Shown in pieces: positions 1 through 12,005 of a stretch of DNA of 64,000 nt. The position numbers and the translations under genes were made by a program. The notes beneath the pieces were generated by a model. That model was not told where the DNA came from, did no database searches, and saw nothing but the letters and a program-made list of their open reading frames with translations. Origin of the DNA: Hypanus sabinus (taxonomy: Eukaryota); the NCBI RefSeq assembly GCF_030144855.1, contig NC_082712.1, forward strand, positions 33,294,001 to 33,358,000. The letters are read 5' to 3'. How positions within the stretch are numbered: position 1 is the first letter of the stretch; each line of letters opens with the position of its first letter.

Positions 1-690
1 TTGCTGGTGGCTAATTCCACATTCTCAACCCTCTGAATGAAGGTGTTTCCCCTCATGTTACCCTTAAACCTCTCAGCTTTCACCCTTAATGCATGACTTC
101 TGGTTGTAGTCCCACCTAACCTCAGTGGAAAAAGCCTGCTTGCATTTACCTTATCTATAGCCCTCATAATTTTGCAAACCTCTATCAAATCTACCCTTAA
201 TCTTCTCCGTTCTAAAGAATACAGTCCTAGCCTATTTAATCTTTCCTTGTAACTCAGGTCCTCCAGACCCAGCAACATCCTTGTAAACCTTCTGTGTTCT
301 TTCACCCTTGTTTACATTTTTCCTGTAGGTATGTGACCAAAACTGCACATAATACTCCAAATTAGGCTTCACCAGTGTCTTGTACAACTTCAACATAACA
401 TCCCATCTCCTATACTCAAGATTTACGTATGACAGCCTATGTGTCAAAAGCATTCTTTGTGACTGTAACGTCACTTTCAAGAAAGTTCAGTGCCTTACAG
501 TTCACTGTGTAAGACCTACCCTGGTTGGTCCTACCGAAGTACAAAACCTCACACTTGACTGCATTAAATTCCATCTGCCATTTTTTCAGCCTATTTTTCC
601 AGCTGATGCAGAGCCCTCTCTCTGCAAGCCACGATAGCCTTCCTCTTTGTCCACTGCAGCCTCAATCTTAGTGTCATCAGCAAACTTGCT
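1..690 (-). mobile_element. CR1 LINE ORF2 3' fragment
   Basis: LYKTLVKPNLEYYVQFWS is the CR1 RT C-terminal motif. The surrounding nucleotides match other CR1 copies in the window. Confidence 0.85.
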
Positions 691-1339
691 GTTCTGTAAC
701 TACTTTAAGTTTCATCTTTCAGATTTTTGTTTCAAAGAAAGTATGCAACGGAAGTGTAATTATTTTCTTCTTATAAAGGGAAGATGTAGTCTTCACAAAC
801 AAAAACCTGTTCATTGAAAGAAAACTAGCCGAGAATGTTGTCAACAGAGGACGCCATTTGTCTCGAGGTTCACAGTGGCTTTCAACATTGCAGCTAGTCA
901 GAATTATGTTTATCATCACTGACAAGTCATGAAATGTGTTGTTCCACTCCTTTCCCTTTGTACCCTGCAATTGTGTTCCTGTCAAATACTGATCCAGCTC
1001 CTTTTTAAAAGCTTCCCCCCTCCTTACTTAACCTGCCAAACACCACTTTGCAGGGACTAATCAGTTTTGATTTAGTTTCTCCTCTTGTCACACGGGTTAC
1101 CTTAAAAATCTTTGTGACTACTCTTTCAGGAAGTATGAAGTCTTGCTGACCACTGTTCCAAATGAGGATCTTCAACCTGAAAGACTATCATGTGTTTTTT
1201 CTGCAAATAGTCCTTGAATATTCTCCTGCAACATCAGTTTTTATTTCAAATTTTCAGCATCTCTAGTTCTTGATTTTTGTTTATTATGGCCATTGGGAGG
1301 ATTTAAACCATGCGGCAACAAAATTAATTAAATCAGTTT

Positions 1340-1590
1340 GTGCGATGCTATTACAGCTCAGGGTGTCAAAGAATTTGTAGTTCAATTCCAGTGTAACCTG
1401 TGAGGAGTCTGTATGTCCCTCCCTGTGAAACCACGGGTTTCCTCCGGGAGCTCAGGTTTCTTCCCACAGTCCAAAGACGTGCTGGTCAGTAGGTTAATTG
1501 GTCATTGTAAATTGTCCTGGGGTTAAATAGGTGGGTTGCTGGATGGTGTGGCTTGTTGGGCTGTGAGGGCTTTTCCCACACGGTATATAA
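1340..1590 (+). mobile_element. tRNA-derived V-domain SINE (HE1-like)
   Basis: B-box-like gttcaattcc, then the V domain gggtttcctccgggagctcaggtttcttcccacagtccaaagacgtg. Confidence 0.8.
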
Positions 1591-1630
1591 CATTAATACA
1601 TAATACATTAATACATAATAACATTAATAC
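1590..1630. repeat. 15-16 bp tandem repeat (acattaatacataat) x about 2.7
   Basis: Seen directly at the SINE 3' end. Confidence 0.85.
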
Positions 1631-4600
1631 TTTTGATGACCCCTCTGACCCTGCTTTTTATCCCCGTCTCTGGGAAGCTTTTTACAACTTCACCCATTTT
1701 ATAAAATCTCTGATTATCTAAGCTAATATCTTGTGACGCAGCTAAATCTTGTTTAGCTTCCTGATGTTAAAGGTGCTATATAACGGCAAGTTGCTGATGC
1801 TAATTTTAGCTGGGAGGCTGACACAACAGCCATTTATTTGTGAATATCAGCTGTAATCAGGAACCAAATGCAGCTTCTTATTTTGTTTTGGAGGAAGAAT
1901 AACATTGATAATTTAAGACTAAACTCCCAAGGTCCTTAATTCTTCAGAGCGAACGTGATGCTGCCTTGCACGGTGACGATGGCTGAGGTACATTTAATGA
2001 ATACAGTACAGCTCTGCTTATGTTGCAGAGCATCACACAATGCATTCTAGTCAGGAACTTCTGCGGCAGTATGAAGTGTGAATCTTCTAATAAGTGCGGG
2101 CCACTGGAAAGAATAGCCCGAGGGAATGTATTGCAGCTTAGTTTTATTACTTATTTGTTAAAATCTGTTAAGCACTGCGATCTCCTGAGTGACTCTGTAA
2201 ATGGATCATATCTGCAGAAACCAACGGCTCTCTGGCAACCGTAACGTTGAAGGAGAAATGCACAGAGCAAGTTTTCTGAGACATGGTCTTAAGGAATTAA
2301 AATGGTTTGAGAAGGGCAGCCCATGCATTCACTGAGTGGACTGCACTGCCTTTGCATGATTGATGTGTGCAGTTCATAGAATAAGCCCTGGTCTGGAGGC
2401 GTGTCCTGATTTTTAAATTAAAATGAAAGGTCCTTTTTGAAGCCAACATGATGTCAACAATTGATGAAGATGACTGGGTAATTTTAATTTTGTTTCTCAC
2501 TTTACACCAGTTCATCAATAACGTGGAACCAAAATCAAATTGCTGTTTGAGGAAATTGTTTTCAGAGATTTGTAATAATTGCCATTTGCTACTTGGAATT
2601 GTAAGGATTTTTGGAGATGACTTTTTGAGCCCAATCCATTTTATTTAGGTCCATGTTTGATGGCTTTGGGAGTTCCTTTTAACGTTTGTTATGATTCACT
2701 TAATGGAACTTTGAAATTTTCTGCACCCTCGCTGCCCTTTTGCACATTAAAAAAAACTGGAATTAATGATGCATAACAACCACACAAGCATTTTGTGAAA
2801 GTCCTGTTTTTAAAGAAAAGTTGTGTTGAGGTATGCAACTGTAATGGATATCATGCTCAAAAATATCTTTGCCAATTGGTATGTGCACAGTCAAGGGATC
2901 TTGCATGCTGACTTTAAATACTTGCATTGACTTGGTCTGTAACCTGTTTTAGCTGATTTGAAAGTGATTATGCTAACACTGCTGGAGTGTCAATCGGATT
3001 ACTGATGTTGGAGGCCTAATTAAGATTGTCACTTGAACCTTCATGTGGTGTATCACCTTGGGAGCATGCTGGAGGCTTATTTGACTTGTAAAACTGATCA
3101 CCTATTGGTAATGTAATTTTCCTTCATTTTAGCCTGACTGCTAAAATCCTGCAGTTGAGAACCATCATTATTTGTCAAATGATCTTTAATTAGATTGCAC
3201 ATGGGAAGCTGCAGAAACTGAATTAAAGACAGAAGTTATAGAAAACAATGTTTATTAGATGGTAATGAGATTAACTATATTACTAAATTGCCCAACAAAT
3301 CTAATAGGCTAAGTAACTGCTGCTTATAATATAATTGATCATAATGGTCATAAAAACTATTTATAATATGGAGCAATTACATACTTAAGTGGCAGTGAAA
3401 AGATTTGAATACTTCTATTAGTGAAAATAAAAGGTATTTTTATAGGCTTTGTTGAAAATTCTTGAGTCAATGAGGCAGAATAAGATGGGGCAGTATAGTG
3501 GCTAAGTTGCTGGATTTATAATGCAGACACAGGCCTTAATATTCCAGGTGATGATAACTCTGCCATGAGAGAAAACAACTTGAAAAGTTGATTGCCGTAA
3601 AAATACAAGTTCGTGGCATCGTTGGGCAGAACTGAAATTGACTGAAGCCAGTAAAGGCGAGTCCGTCATGAGCCTGAGGTCAGATAATGCTGGCACTCGT
3701 CTCCTCCTCAACTTTGAAAATCACCGTCAGTGCAGAGTAGAGCAATTGGACGCAGTGAGCATCTGGACCCCCTGGCTTGCGCTTGTAATAGAAACATAAG
3801 TCCATTTATTTTTATGGGAATTATGAACATTTTTGAAAGCCCAAGGTGCTGGAGTTATTTCATGCTGGCGTTGTTAATTATTTGTTAGAATTTTATGATT
3901 TAATTAGATGTTTAAATGTTATTTTAGCAATTTTAACGTTTGTTATTGAATTCAATTTGAATACTTCTTAGATATCTTAAAAATGAGAGCCAATTTAAAA
4001 ATAGTTCTACAACTCTTTGATATCTGAGACTTATTCTAGTCATGGCTTGCTCCTCTTTGGTTGCATGGGGGGGTGTGTGGGGGTCAAGTGTCAGCATATT
4101 CTCTGATTTCACAGGAAGTATATCTGGACAAGTCTCCCATTTTCCCATAACCCTTAACCTGTCAATCTCAGTACACCTAATGACTTGGTCTCAGTAATCC
4201 TGTTTGGCAACAAAGTGCACGGATTTACTACCCTCTAGCTGAAGAAACTCCCTCAAAGGGATACCCCTTTATCCTGAGGCTGTACCCTTGTGTTCTGGGA
4301 TCTCCTACTAATGGAACCATTCTCTCAGTAAGAAACCTCACCCCCATGCCTTCCCCTTGCAAACTTCAAAACCCAAATGAGTACAGGCCCAGAGGCATCA
4401 AACACTCGACAAATCCAGCCAGCGTGACCTGAATGACTTGAAGTAATGAAGGTTTGCCCTGCTCGTCTGTCCTGGCCTATATGTGGCAGCAGCCCCATGC
4501 AACACAGTGTGAGTCTTGTAGCCAGCCTTCTGACTGTATTAATTTTTATGTTGTCACTTCCAGGGAATTATAAACCTTGAATCCCTGTAGTCTCTCCGTT

Positions 4601-5115
4601 CACCAGCATTTCTATTCACACAACATTTACTATATGTTTATGCCCTACCTGTATGTGATCTTCATAAATGAGTAATTTTGCACTTGTCAACATAACATTT
4701 CTTCTGCCAGTATCTTCTCATCTGATCTGTAACCTGCTGTAGCCTTGAGCAATCTTCCTTGCTATCCAAAACACAACGGGTTTTCATGTATTCTGCACAC
4801 TTATTACATTCACATACAAGTCATTAACATGATGGAGGGAAAGGAGCAGTCAAAGACCTTGGATGAAGGTTCTTGGCCTGAAACATTGACAGTTTATTTC
4901 CCTCCATACATGCTGCCAGATTAGCTGAGTTCCTCCAGTATTTTGTATGTTGCTCAAGACTTCCAGTATCTACAGATTATCAAGCCATGAATATAGGTCA
5001 TTAAAATATATCACAAGCAGCAAGGTCCTAGCTTTAATCCCTGTGGTATATCACTGGCTACAAACTTCTGAAGAGGAATGTACCTTTCCTTCACTATCTC
5101 TACCTCCTATTATTA

Positions 5116-5813
5116 TGTAACCCCCTGTGTCGCCTCAGGCTCGCTCAGCTCGTTCTCGTCTAGGGGGAGCAGCCTTCGGCCCCACCAAACTGGGTAATCA
5201 GCTGGTGTGGATGCTGTGTGATGTCCCCGCCTCGCCCAAAACCAGACAGTACACCATATGCGATTAAATGAATACAATTTATAAAGGTTACTATAACTAA
5301 GTGATTAATAACGATACGGTATATATGAAGAGAAAATTAAAGAAAAGGCGCCAAACTTATCAAAGTCCAAACTACTTCGTGCACAGCCGTTGGAGCTCAA
5401 TTACTGAAGTCTTCTGGCCACCATTCGATCCCCTCCGAACTCCTCGACTCGCAGCTCAGGACCCTCCGAACTCCTTGACTCTCCAAACAGCTCAGGACCC
5501 TCCGAGTGGTCAACCAAGCACATCTAGCTTCATCCCCCCCCCCCCCCGGAGAATCTCCCGGCCTCGGACCCCCCTTTGGGGTCCGATCCTCGCCCAGCTT
5601 AGAGCATTGCGTCCTCTCTCTCGACCCCCTCTCGCCGATCTGCCCAAAAGCCCGTCAACAAAAGCTTACAGACTCAGAAGAAAGAACATTAATCCCCATT
5701 TGGTTTACAAAGGAATACCATTCTCGTTATCAGTAAATTAGCATTCCTGCTAGTTAACAAAAGGAAACCCTTTCCCAATAGTAACAAAGAAAAAAAAAGA
5801 AACCCCCTTTACA
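5116..5813 (-). repeat. 3' LTR (698 bp), with internal ~31-36 bp tandem repeat at 5431-5505
   Basis: Direct repeat of 8253-8947. On the minus strand it is preceded by the purine-rich ggtggagtaagtg (degenerate PPT, 5814-5826). Confidence 0.95.
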
Positions 5814-6253
5814 CACTTACTCCACCAAATAAAAGTCATGTCCTCATGACTACTAAATAACTCGCCACCTTTCCTGCCAACACACCGTAACCCAAGCACA
5901 AACAGTGACATCTCCTCCCCACACAGTAACCCTCACGCCCTGTTCCTCAGGCGCTACTTAGGCCAACTATCTGGGAGTTCCCTAACCCTTCTGAGGCCTC
6001 CGTACCCCCTCACCTAAACCCTTCAGGCTCGGACACAACTGGGGATACCTTGGGCCCACTACCAACTCCTCTCTCAACCTCTCACTCATGCCCCACACTG
6101 CACACAGCTAACCCTCCCCGCTACTCCTGACTCAATGGGAGAAGGGCCAAAGGTCTCTTCCTCAATCGAGGGAAAGTCAGCAAAAGGCAGCATGTACCAC
6201 ACATCCAGCACATCATCCATCGAATCTGTATTCTTCCTCATTCCTGTGATCGG

Positions 6254-6574
6254 TAGCTGCTGTTTGATCTTCTCCAAACGGAAACACGTGGCCTGCACTG
6301 CTCCCGCAGTCTCTTCAGCCTCCTGTTCAGTATTCACTTCACTTCTCTCCAGCTTTTTCTTCCTCATGACTTCTTCCAGATCAACTTTCAGGTTTTGCAC
6401 TTCATTTGAACTGTCGATGGTCATCTTCAGGATCCCTTCAAGCTTCCGCTTCTCTCTTCTGAGATTTGGCTGTAATTTCTTCACCTCTGCAAACTCCCCT
6501 CTCCGGGTTCTCAGTTTGCTATTACCCTCAGTCAGACAACTTTCTTCATTCTCTCCAACTTGTAAGTCTTCCGA
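6254..6574 (-). pseudogene. Captured sarcomeric myosin heavy-chain rod fragments (MYH16-like), in frame with RT
   Basis: [20 protein letters not shown]...[37 protein letters not shown] and [24 protein letters not shown] align by eye to recalled MYH16 DDLQAEEDKVNHLTKNNSKL...LKMTIDNLNEMERSKLDLEEVVKKRDLE..VN and QEAEEAAETAQARAASLEKNKQRL. Confidence 0.78.
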
Positions 6575-6579
6575 ATGGC

Positions 6580-7111
6580 TCCAGATCACTTTCTCCAGTC
6601 TCTCCGTCTTCATATCAAACTTGATTCCGTAGAGACAGTCTCTCACGAGCTGCGACCTTCGCCAGCCCTGGCACGTATCCCGAAAACACTTTAACTCGGT
6701 AGTTCTCAGCTGCTCCTGCAACGACCTCACTTCATATTCTCCTGAGGCAAATCCAAACACCAAGAGATCATCCACATACACCAAAACTCCAAACGCCTCC
6801 ACATCCCCTATGGTCTTCCACCTGCCCCGCAGGAAGGTTGCAAGGGCTCCAGATATGCCCTGTGGCATCTTTTCGGACCCGAAGACTCCTAGGGAATGTA
6901 TAACGGCCGTCTTCTCCTTGTTGGCCCCACTCATCGGGATCTGGCAACATCCACTCCTCAGATCCAGCACCTTAAACCACTTCACACCACTCAGACAGGC
7001 CATCGCCTCTCCGGCCCTCAGGGCCATATTCTGGTCACTGACAGTGCGCCTCTTCAACGCAATATAATCCATACACACGCTGCCTACGTCTTCCACGGCT
7101 GTAGGGGCCAG
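6580..7111 (-). pseudogene. Partial Gypsy reverse transcriptase
   Basis: [11 protein letters not shown]...[16 protein letters not shown]...KEKTA...[12 protein letters not shown]...[11 protein letters not shown], with YVDD at 6767-6778. No RNase H or integrase follows. Confidence 0.88.
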
Positions 7112-8191
7112 TCACCGCAACCTCTCTCTCTCCGAGGTGTCTTCAGCAGTCAACTCCCCTCCCTCGTGGTATTTCGCAGCGTCCACGAAGAGGTTCTCAC
7201 CCTCAGATAGTTCCCCCAGGTTGTACCACCACTGGCTCTTGTTTGAATTCGGTACCAGCCCAATGCTGCTACCCACGTCCACACAAGCAGCTCGAAACTC
7301 TGGGTGCATCGACAATGCCTCCAAACAACGCTCACCCGCCTCCTCTGGGCAGGCCCCCAAGCGCACCAGCAGGATATTGGTTCTCTCTAGAACAGAAACG
7401 CTGCCCGTCTCAACAGGGTCCGGACACATCAGCATTAACGATTCCTGAACCTCAGTCTCCTCCACATTTGCCTCCAAGAACTCCATTTTCACTGACCAAC
7501 AACCATCGTCTGGATAATCACTGGCACTGGTACCCCGAATCTCCAGTGTCCTCAATGTCGTCAAGGGTAAATGCTTCCAATAACGGTTATGAAACAAACT
7601 GTACAGCAACTTAACCGGCGCTTCGGTGCCGAGGATGGCTTTAACTTGACTTCCATCCATCCGTAACAACACCTGTGCGCTTGGTCCCTCTAAGCCTTCA
7701 GGAATAGGGGCTGTTCCTTTCGGGAGTTCCTTGGTACATTGCTGGGAACGTGCTCCCCCAGAGACCCCAAGCCGTTCCCCCACTGGGCCTCCTCTAAGTT
7801 TCCCGACACCTCTCGAATCAACGGAACAACTGATCCCCTTGACAGATCCCCTTGGCACCATAAGCAATTTATCTGCCCCCCTAGGCAAAAAGAGATACCC
7901 TAAAAACTTCCCACCAATCTCCTGCCACAGATATAATAAGCCCCCCAGCTGCGGCATTTGACTTCCAGTCGAACCACACGCATTTTCCCACACTTTCCCA
8001 GAACTGGCAGTGGTCACTTCGAGGTAATTGCGCCCGACAGTTCTAACAAAGTCACCAGCCCGCCTACTCAAACTTTCAACCCGTCCCTGTCGCTTTCCCT
8101 CAGCCAAGCACTGCCACTCACCCAACACACACACAGCGATAACCAGCAATCGCACTCCCACAAAGGCACACCAGCTCTTCGCCGCAGACAC
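7112..8191 (-). pseudogene. Degenerate Gypsy gag (PNMA-like) plus aspartic protease remnant
   Basis: [36 protein letters not shown]...KHLPLT..LEI.G....YP.DG resembles Gypsy protease (AILDTGSQV), with catalytic DTG changed to GTE. Starts at GTG. Confidence 0.75.
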
Positions 8192-8230
8192 AATTTAAAT
8201 AGGGTGATCACACAGCTTCCACAGAAATCA

Positions 8231-8249
8231 ATCCCGGACGAGCCCCCCA
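8231..8249 (-). promoter_or_regulatory. Primer-binding site complementary to tRNA-Pro 3' end
   Basis: Minus strand TGGGGGGCTCGTCCGGGAT, 3 nt inside the 5' LTR. The canonical tRNA-Pro PBS is TGGGGGCTCGTCCGGGAT, so this copy has one extra G. Confidence 0.9.
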
Positions 8250-8252
8250 CAA

Positions 8253-8947
8253 TGTAACCCCCTGGGTCGCCTCAGGCTCGCTCAGCTCGTTTCGTCTAGG
8301 GGGAGCAGCCTCCGGCCCCGCCAAACTGGGTAATCAGCTGGTGTGGATGCTGTGTGATGTCCCCACCTCGCCCAAAAACAGACAGTACACCATAAGCGAT
8401 TAAATGAGTACAATTTATAAAGGTTACTATAACTAAGTGATTAATAATGATACAGTATATATGAAGAGAAAATTAAAGAAAAGGCGCCAAACTTATCAAA
8501 GTCCAAACCTCTTCGTGCACAACCGTTGGAGCTCAATTACTGAAGTCTTCTGGCCACCATTCGATCCCCTCCGAACTCCTCGACTCGCAGCTCAGGACCC
8601 TCCGAACTCCTCGACTCTCCAAACAGCTCAGGACCCTCCGAGTGGTCAACCAAGCACATCTAGCTTCATCCCCCCCCCCCCCGCCTCGGAGAATCTCCAG
8701 GCCTCGGACCCCCCTTTGGGGTCCGATCCTCGCCCAGCTTAGAGCATGGCGTCCTCTCTCTCGACCCCCTCGCGCCAATCTGCCCAAAAGCCCGTCAACA
8801 AAAGCTTACAGACTCAGAAGAAAGAACATTAATCCCCATTTGGTTTACAAAGGAATTCTCGTTATCAGTAAATTAGCATTCCTGCTAGTTAACAAAAGGA
8901 AACCCTTTCCCAATAGTAACAAAGAAAAAAAAGAAACCCCCTTTACA
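8253..8947 (-). repeat. 5' LTR (695 bp)
   Basis: tgtaaccccc...ccctttaca. Direct repeat of 5116-5813. On the minus strand it is followed by the PBS. Confidence 0.95.
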
Positions 8948-11674
8948 ATTAAACCAATTTTGGATCCAATTAACTAGCTCACCATTTGAGTGTCTTAATA
9001 TTCTGGCCAGCCTACCACGCGGGAACTTGTCAAGTGTCTTAGTAAAGTTCATCTCAACAACATCTACTGGCTGCCTTCATCATTTTTCTTTGTTATCTCC
9101 TTAAAAAAAATCAGTCAACTTCATGACATAAGATTTCTCCTGCAGAAAGGTATGCTGCCTATCCCTGCTCAGCCTCCACCTTTCCAACTGTACAGAAATC
9201 CTGTCCCTCAGAGTTGTCTCCAAGAAAGTCCCTACTACTAATGTAAGCCTCTCTGTTCTGTGATGACCCAATTTTCCATGATTGGACCTTCTACTTTGTC
9301 ATTCCAATGATTACTAATCTTACCATCTTTGTCTTTCACCCCACTGGAACATCCTGATCCCGAACACTCAGTAAATGTCTTTAAAAAGGCTCCCATTTGT
9401 TAGATGTCTCTTGACCCTGAAGCAACTGCTCCCGACCTGCTTTCACGAGGTCCTCTTCTATGGTGTTGAAAGCAGCCTTCTCTCAATTTCAGATCCTAGC
9501 TTGAGAACAAACCTAATCCCTTTCCATAACTAAGTTGAAACTTGCAGGGCCATGGTGACTTGGTGACTCTACTTTTCGTAGAGTGAGCTTTCGAGAAACT
9601 CATTTTATGGGTGTTTCAGCAGTCACTGTGAGCACCTTCTGATGGGTGAAACACCCTCTCCCAGAAAGCCTTTGCTCCTATCCTGGCAGATACCGTCGTA
9701 GTGGATACTTGTATGCTTCATCCATGTTGGGTGCATGTGTGACTGTGTGAGAGAAAGTTAAACAGCGGATGTTACACTGCTGTTGCAGCGTCCATGGCCT
9801 AACTGGTGATATTTTTTGCTGGCATTAAACATCTGTACGCAGGGTGCATATTGTGTCTCCTATTCGCTAGTACTTCAGGTAATCTCTTGAGGTGTGCACA
9901 AGGAGTAGGGTAAAATGCTTTAAGAAGTATTTAATACTGAGTCCTGATGCAGGGTTTCAACCTGAGACATTGACAGTTCCTCTCTTGCCACAGATTGTAT
10001 TTGACCTACTCAGTTTCTCCCGCAGGTTGTTTGTTGCTCCAGATTCCAACATCTGCAGTCCCTTGAATATTTACTGCTGATGTTCACATTTCTTTCTAAA
10101 TGGCCCACTTTTTTTTCTAAAATAGTTTTGCAAGTCATTATTTGACGTTGGTAGCAGTTCTTATGATTGACTATAAAATGTAAGTAGGCATGTAAAATTG
10201 ATCAAGCAGTGACTATTTTTATTTCTAATGACTTGAACCATTATTTTGCATCAGTTATGAATATAATAAAGAATTGGATAGATTTGTGATTAATAGAATA
10301 GAATCAGGTCTGTGCAGATGTAGAGTAGGAAAATGTGATTGATGAGCATTTAGCAAAGTACTGATCAGTCATACTGATTTGTGTCCTCTTTGTAAATACA
10401 ATCTGGTTACAAATGTCAGTCATGAGGCCGGCACAGTGGGGTGGCAGTGTGTGCTGCTTGCTGACCTCCGATGCCATCATGTAGGGTTTGCATGTTCTCC
10501 TTGTGATCACGTGGGCTTCTTCCAGCTCTCAATCCCCAAAAAGGTGTGTTCACAAGTGGATAAGCTATTGAAAATTACCTCTCAGTGCAGGCTAATGACA
10601 AAAGTTATCAAAGGGAAGTTTCTGGACATGAGAATGAGGGAATATTTTGCATGCACATAGAGAAATAAAGAGATGGATTGTTCTTCAGGAGCTAGCATGA
10701 ACCTGAGGGTCTGAATGGCCTTTTGTGTTACTGTGAATATAAAGCAGGTTAACGAATTGACATTTATACATCAGTATATCCTCAACAAGTAACCAGATAA
10801 ATTCAGACTATTCACCTTGACCAAAATTTTCTGGCTTTGTTTTGCTGATTTAGTGAATGAAAAGCCTCCACTCTTAGCCCTTCAGCTTTGCAACTGTGTG
10901 TGGATTGATATCCTAAAATATTCTGCATGTAAATGTACATATTTAATAATCTATTTACAGCAGTCTCTTGTGTAATATTGTCTCTTCTGCCTACATGATA
11001 GAAATTTCAAGGTATTGTATTGTGGTTGTTTGGAAATTTGTCAGAGAAGAATGTGCTCACAGGTCTTTGTGAGTATTTTTATTAAATTGTGATTGCCTTT
11101 TTGTTATGCTGCATTTGTTTCTGGAACAATAGGCATCTGAAAACTATTCTGGTGATTTAGCCGAGTGCATATGCTACCCAACTATGGAAATGATTCTACA
11201 ACAGGGGGTTCACAATTTTTTTCTTAATGTCATGGAACCCTACCATTAACCGAGGGGTCCATGGACTCTAGGTTGGGAACCCATGTGAATCTACAGTGAA
11301 GGAGATTTTAGAGTTGACTTCTACTCTCTGCATTACTCTAATTTGGGTTTCTAATGAAGTGCCAATTTTGGTTAATCTTGTGCTTGCTGGGCAGAGGCAA
11401 GCATAGAAAAAAATTATTCAGCTTTCTTGTTGGCAAGTGTTCGGTATGACTACTGTGATTATAGGATTCAGCTTGACCGTGTGAGGTCTATACAACCAAA
11501 TAGCCTGCCTACATGTGGTACTTATTGATTCTTACAAGTGTAGAATGGCTACTGCAGATATATGATAGAGGAAAAATAGTATATAAATGGTGGGGAATAT
11601 GGAAGGAAAGCTGAGTATTAATCACTGTGAAAAAGAATGAACAATCATAGCTCCAATAGTGGCTGTTCCTAATA

Positions 11675-12005
11675 CCAAAGCACCCTTTTAAAATGAGTGG
11701 AGGAAAGTTTAAAGGAGATGTCAGAGATAGATTTTTTTATTAAACAGTGGTGGGTAGCCGGAATGTACTGGGGGCAGATACTTAGCTTCACTGTAATATC
11801 AAAGAAATGTGTGCAATGTACACATCCTGAAATTCTTCACAGACATTAGGGGTATTTAAGAGACTCATAGGTACACGTATTGATGAAAGAAAAATGAGGG
11901 TTATATGGTATGTAGGTGGGAAGGGTTAGGTTAATTGTGGAGTAGGTCAAAAGGCTGGCACAGCAACATGGGCAAAAGGGCCTGTGCTATGCTGTATGTT
12001 CTAAA
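11675..12005 (+). mobile_element. CR1 3' fragment. Further short CR1 pieces at about 4140-4420(-), 15420-15680(-), 19520-19850(-), 21540-21907(+), 23050-23310(+), 25625-25940(+), 59110-59420(-)
   Basis: Recurrent ggaggaaagtttaaaggagatgtcagag...ttttt / gggcctgtgctatgctgta CR1 3' motifs. Confidence 0.7.

Larger units (their letters stand above)
5116..8947 (-). mobile_element. Non-autonomous Gypsy/Ty3 LTR retrotransposon, 3.8 kb, both LTRs present
   Basis: Two near-identical TG...CA direct repeats (5116-5813, 8253-8947). 4-bp TSD ATTA (5112-5115, 8948-8951). PBS next to the 8253 LTR. Internal minus-strand gag/protease/RT remnants. Inserted into a CR1 fragment that continues on both sides. Confidence 0.95.
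4560..9560 (-). mobile_element. Old CR1 fragment (4560-5115 and 8952-9560) split by the LTR element
   Basis: ...ctacctcctattATTA | ATTAaaccaattttggatccaatt reads as contiguous CR1 RT sequence once the LTR element and one TSD copy are removed. Confidence 0.65.

Noticed and set aside
5301-5741. 146-aa ORF and its counterpart at 8437-8977
   Set aside because: Both lie within the LTRs, begin at GTG, and are frameshifted between the two LTR copies, so they are not a conserved protein.
6254-6574. Exons of a genuine nested myosin gene
   Set aside because: The fragments lie between two LTRs, are fused to RT, lack flanking splice sites, and join distant rod regions directly.
6135-6632. 165-aa plus-strand Ser/Phe-rich ORF
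   Set aside because: Antisense shadow of the Glu/Lys-rich myosin-like frame.
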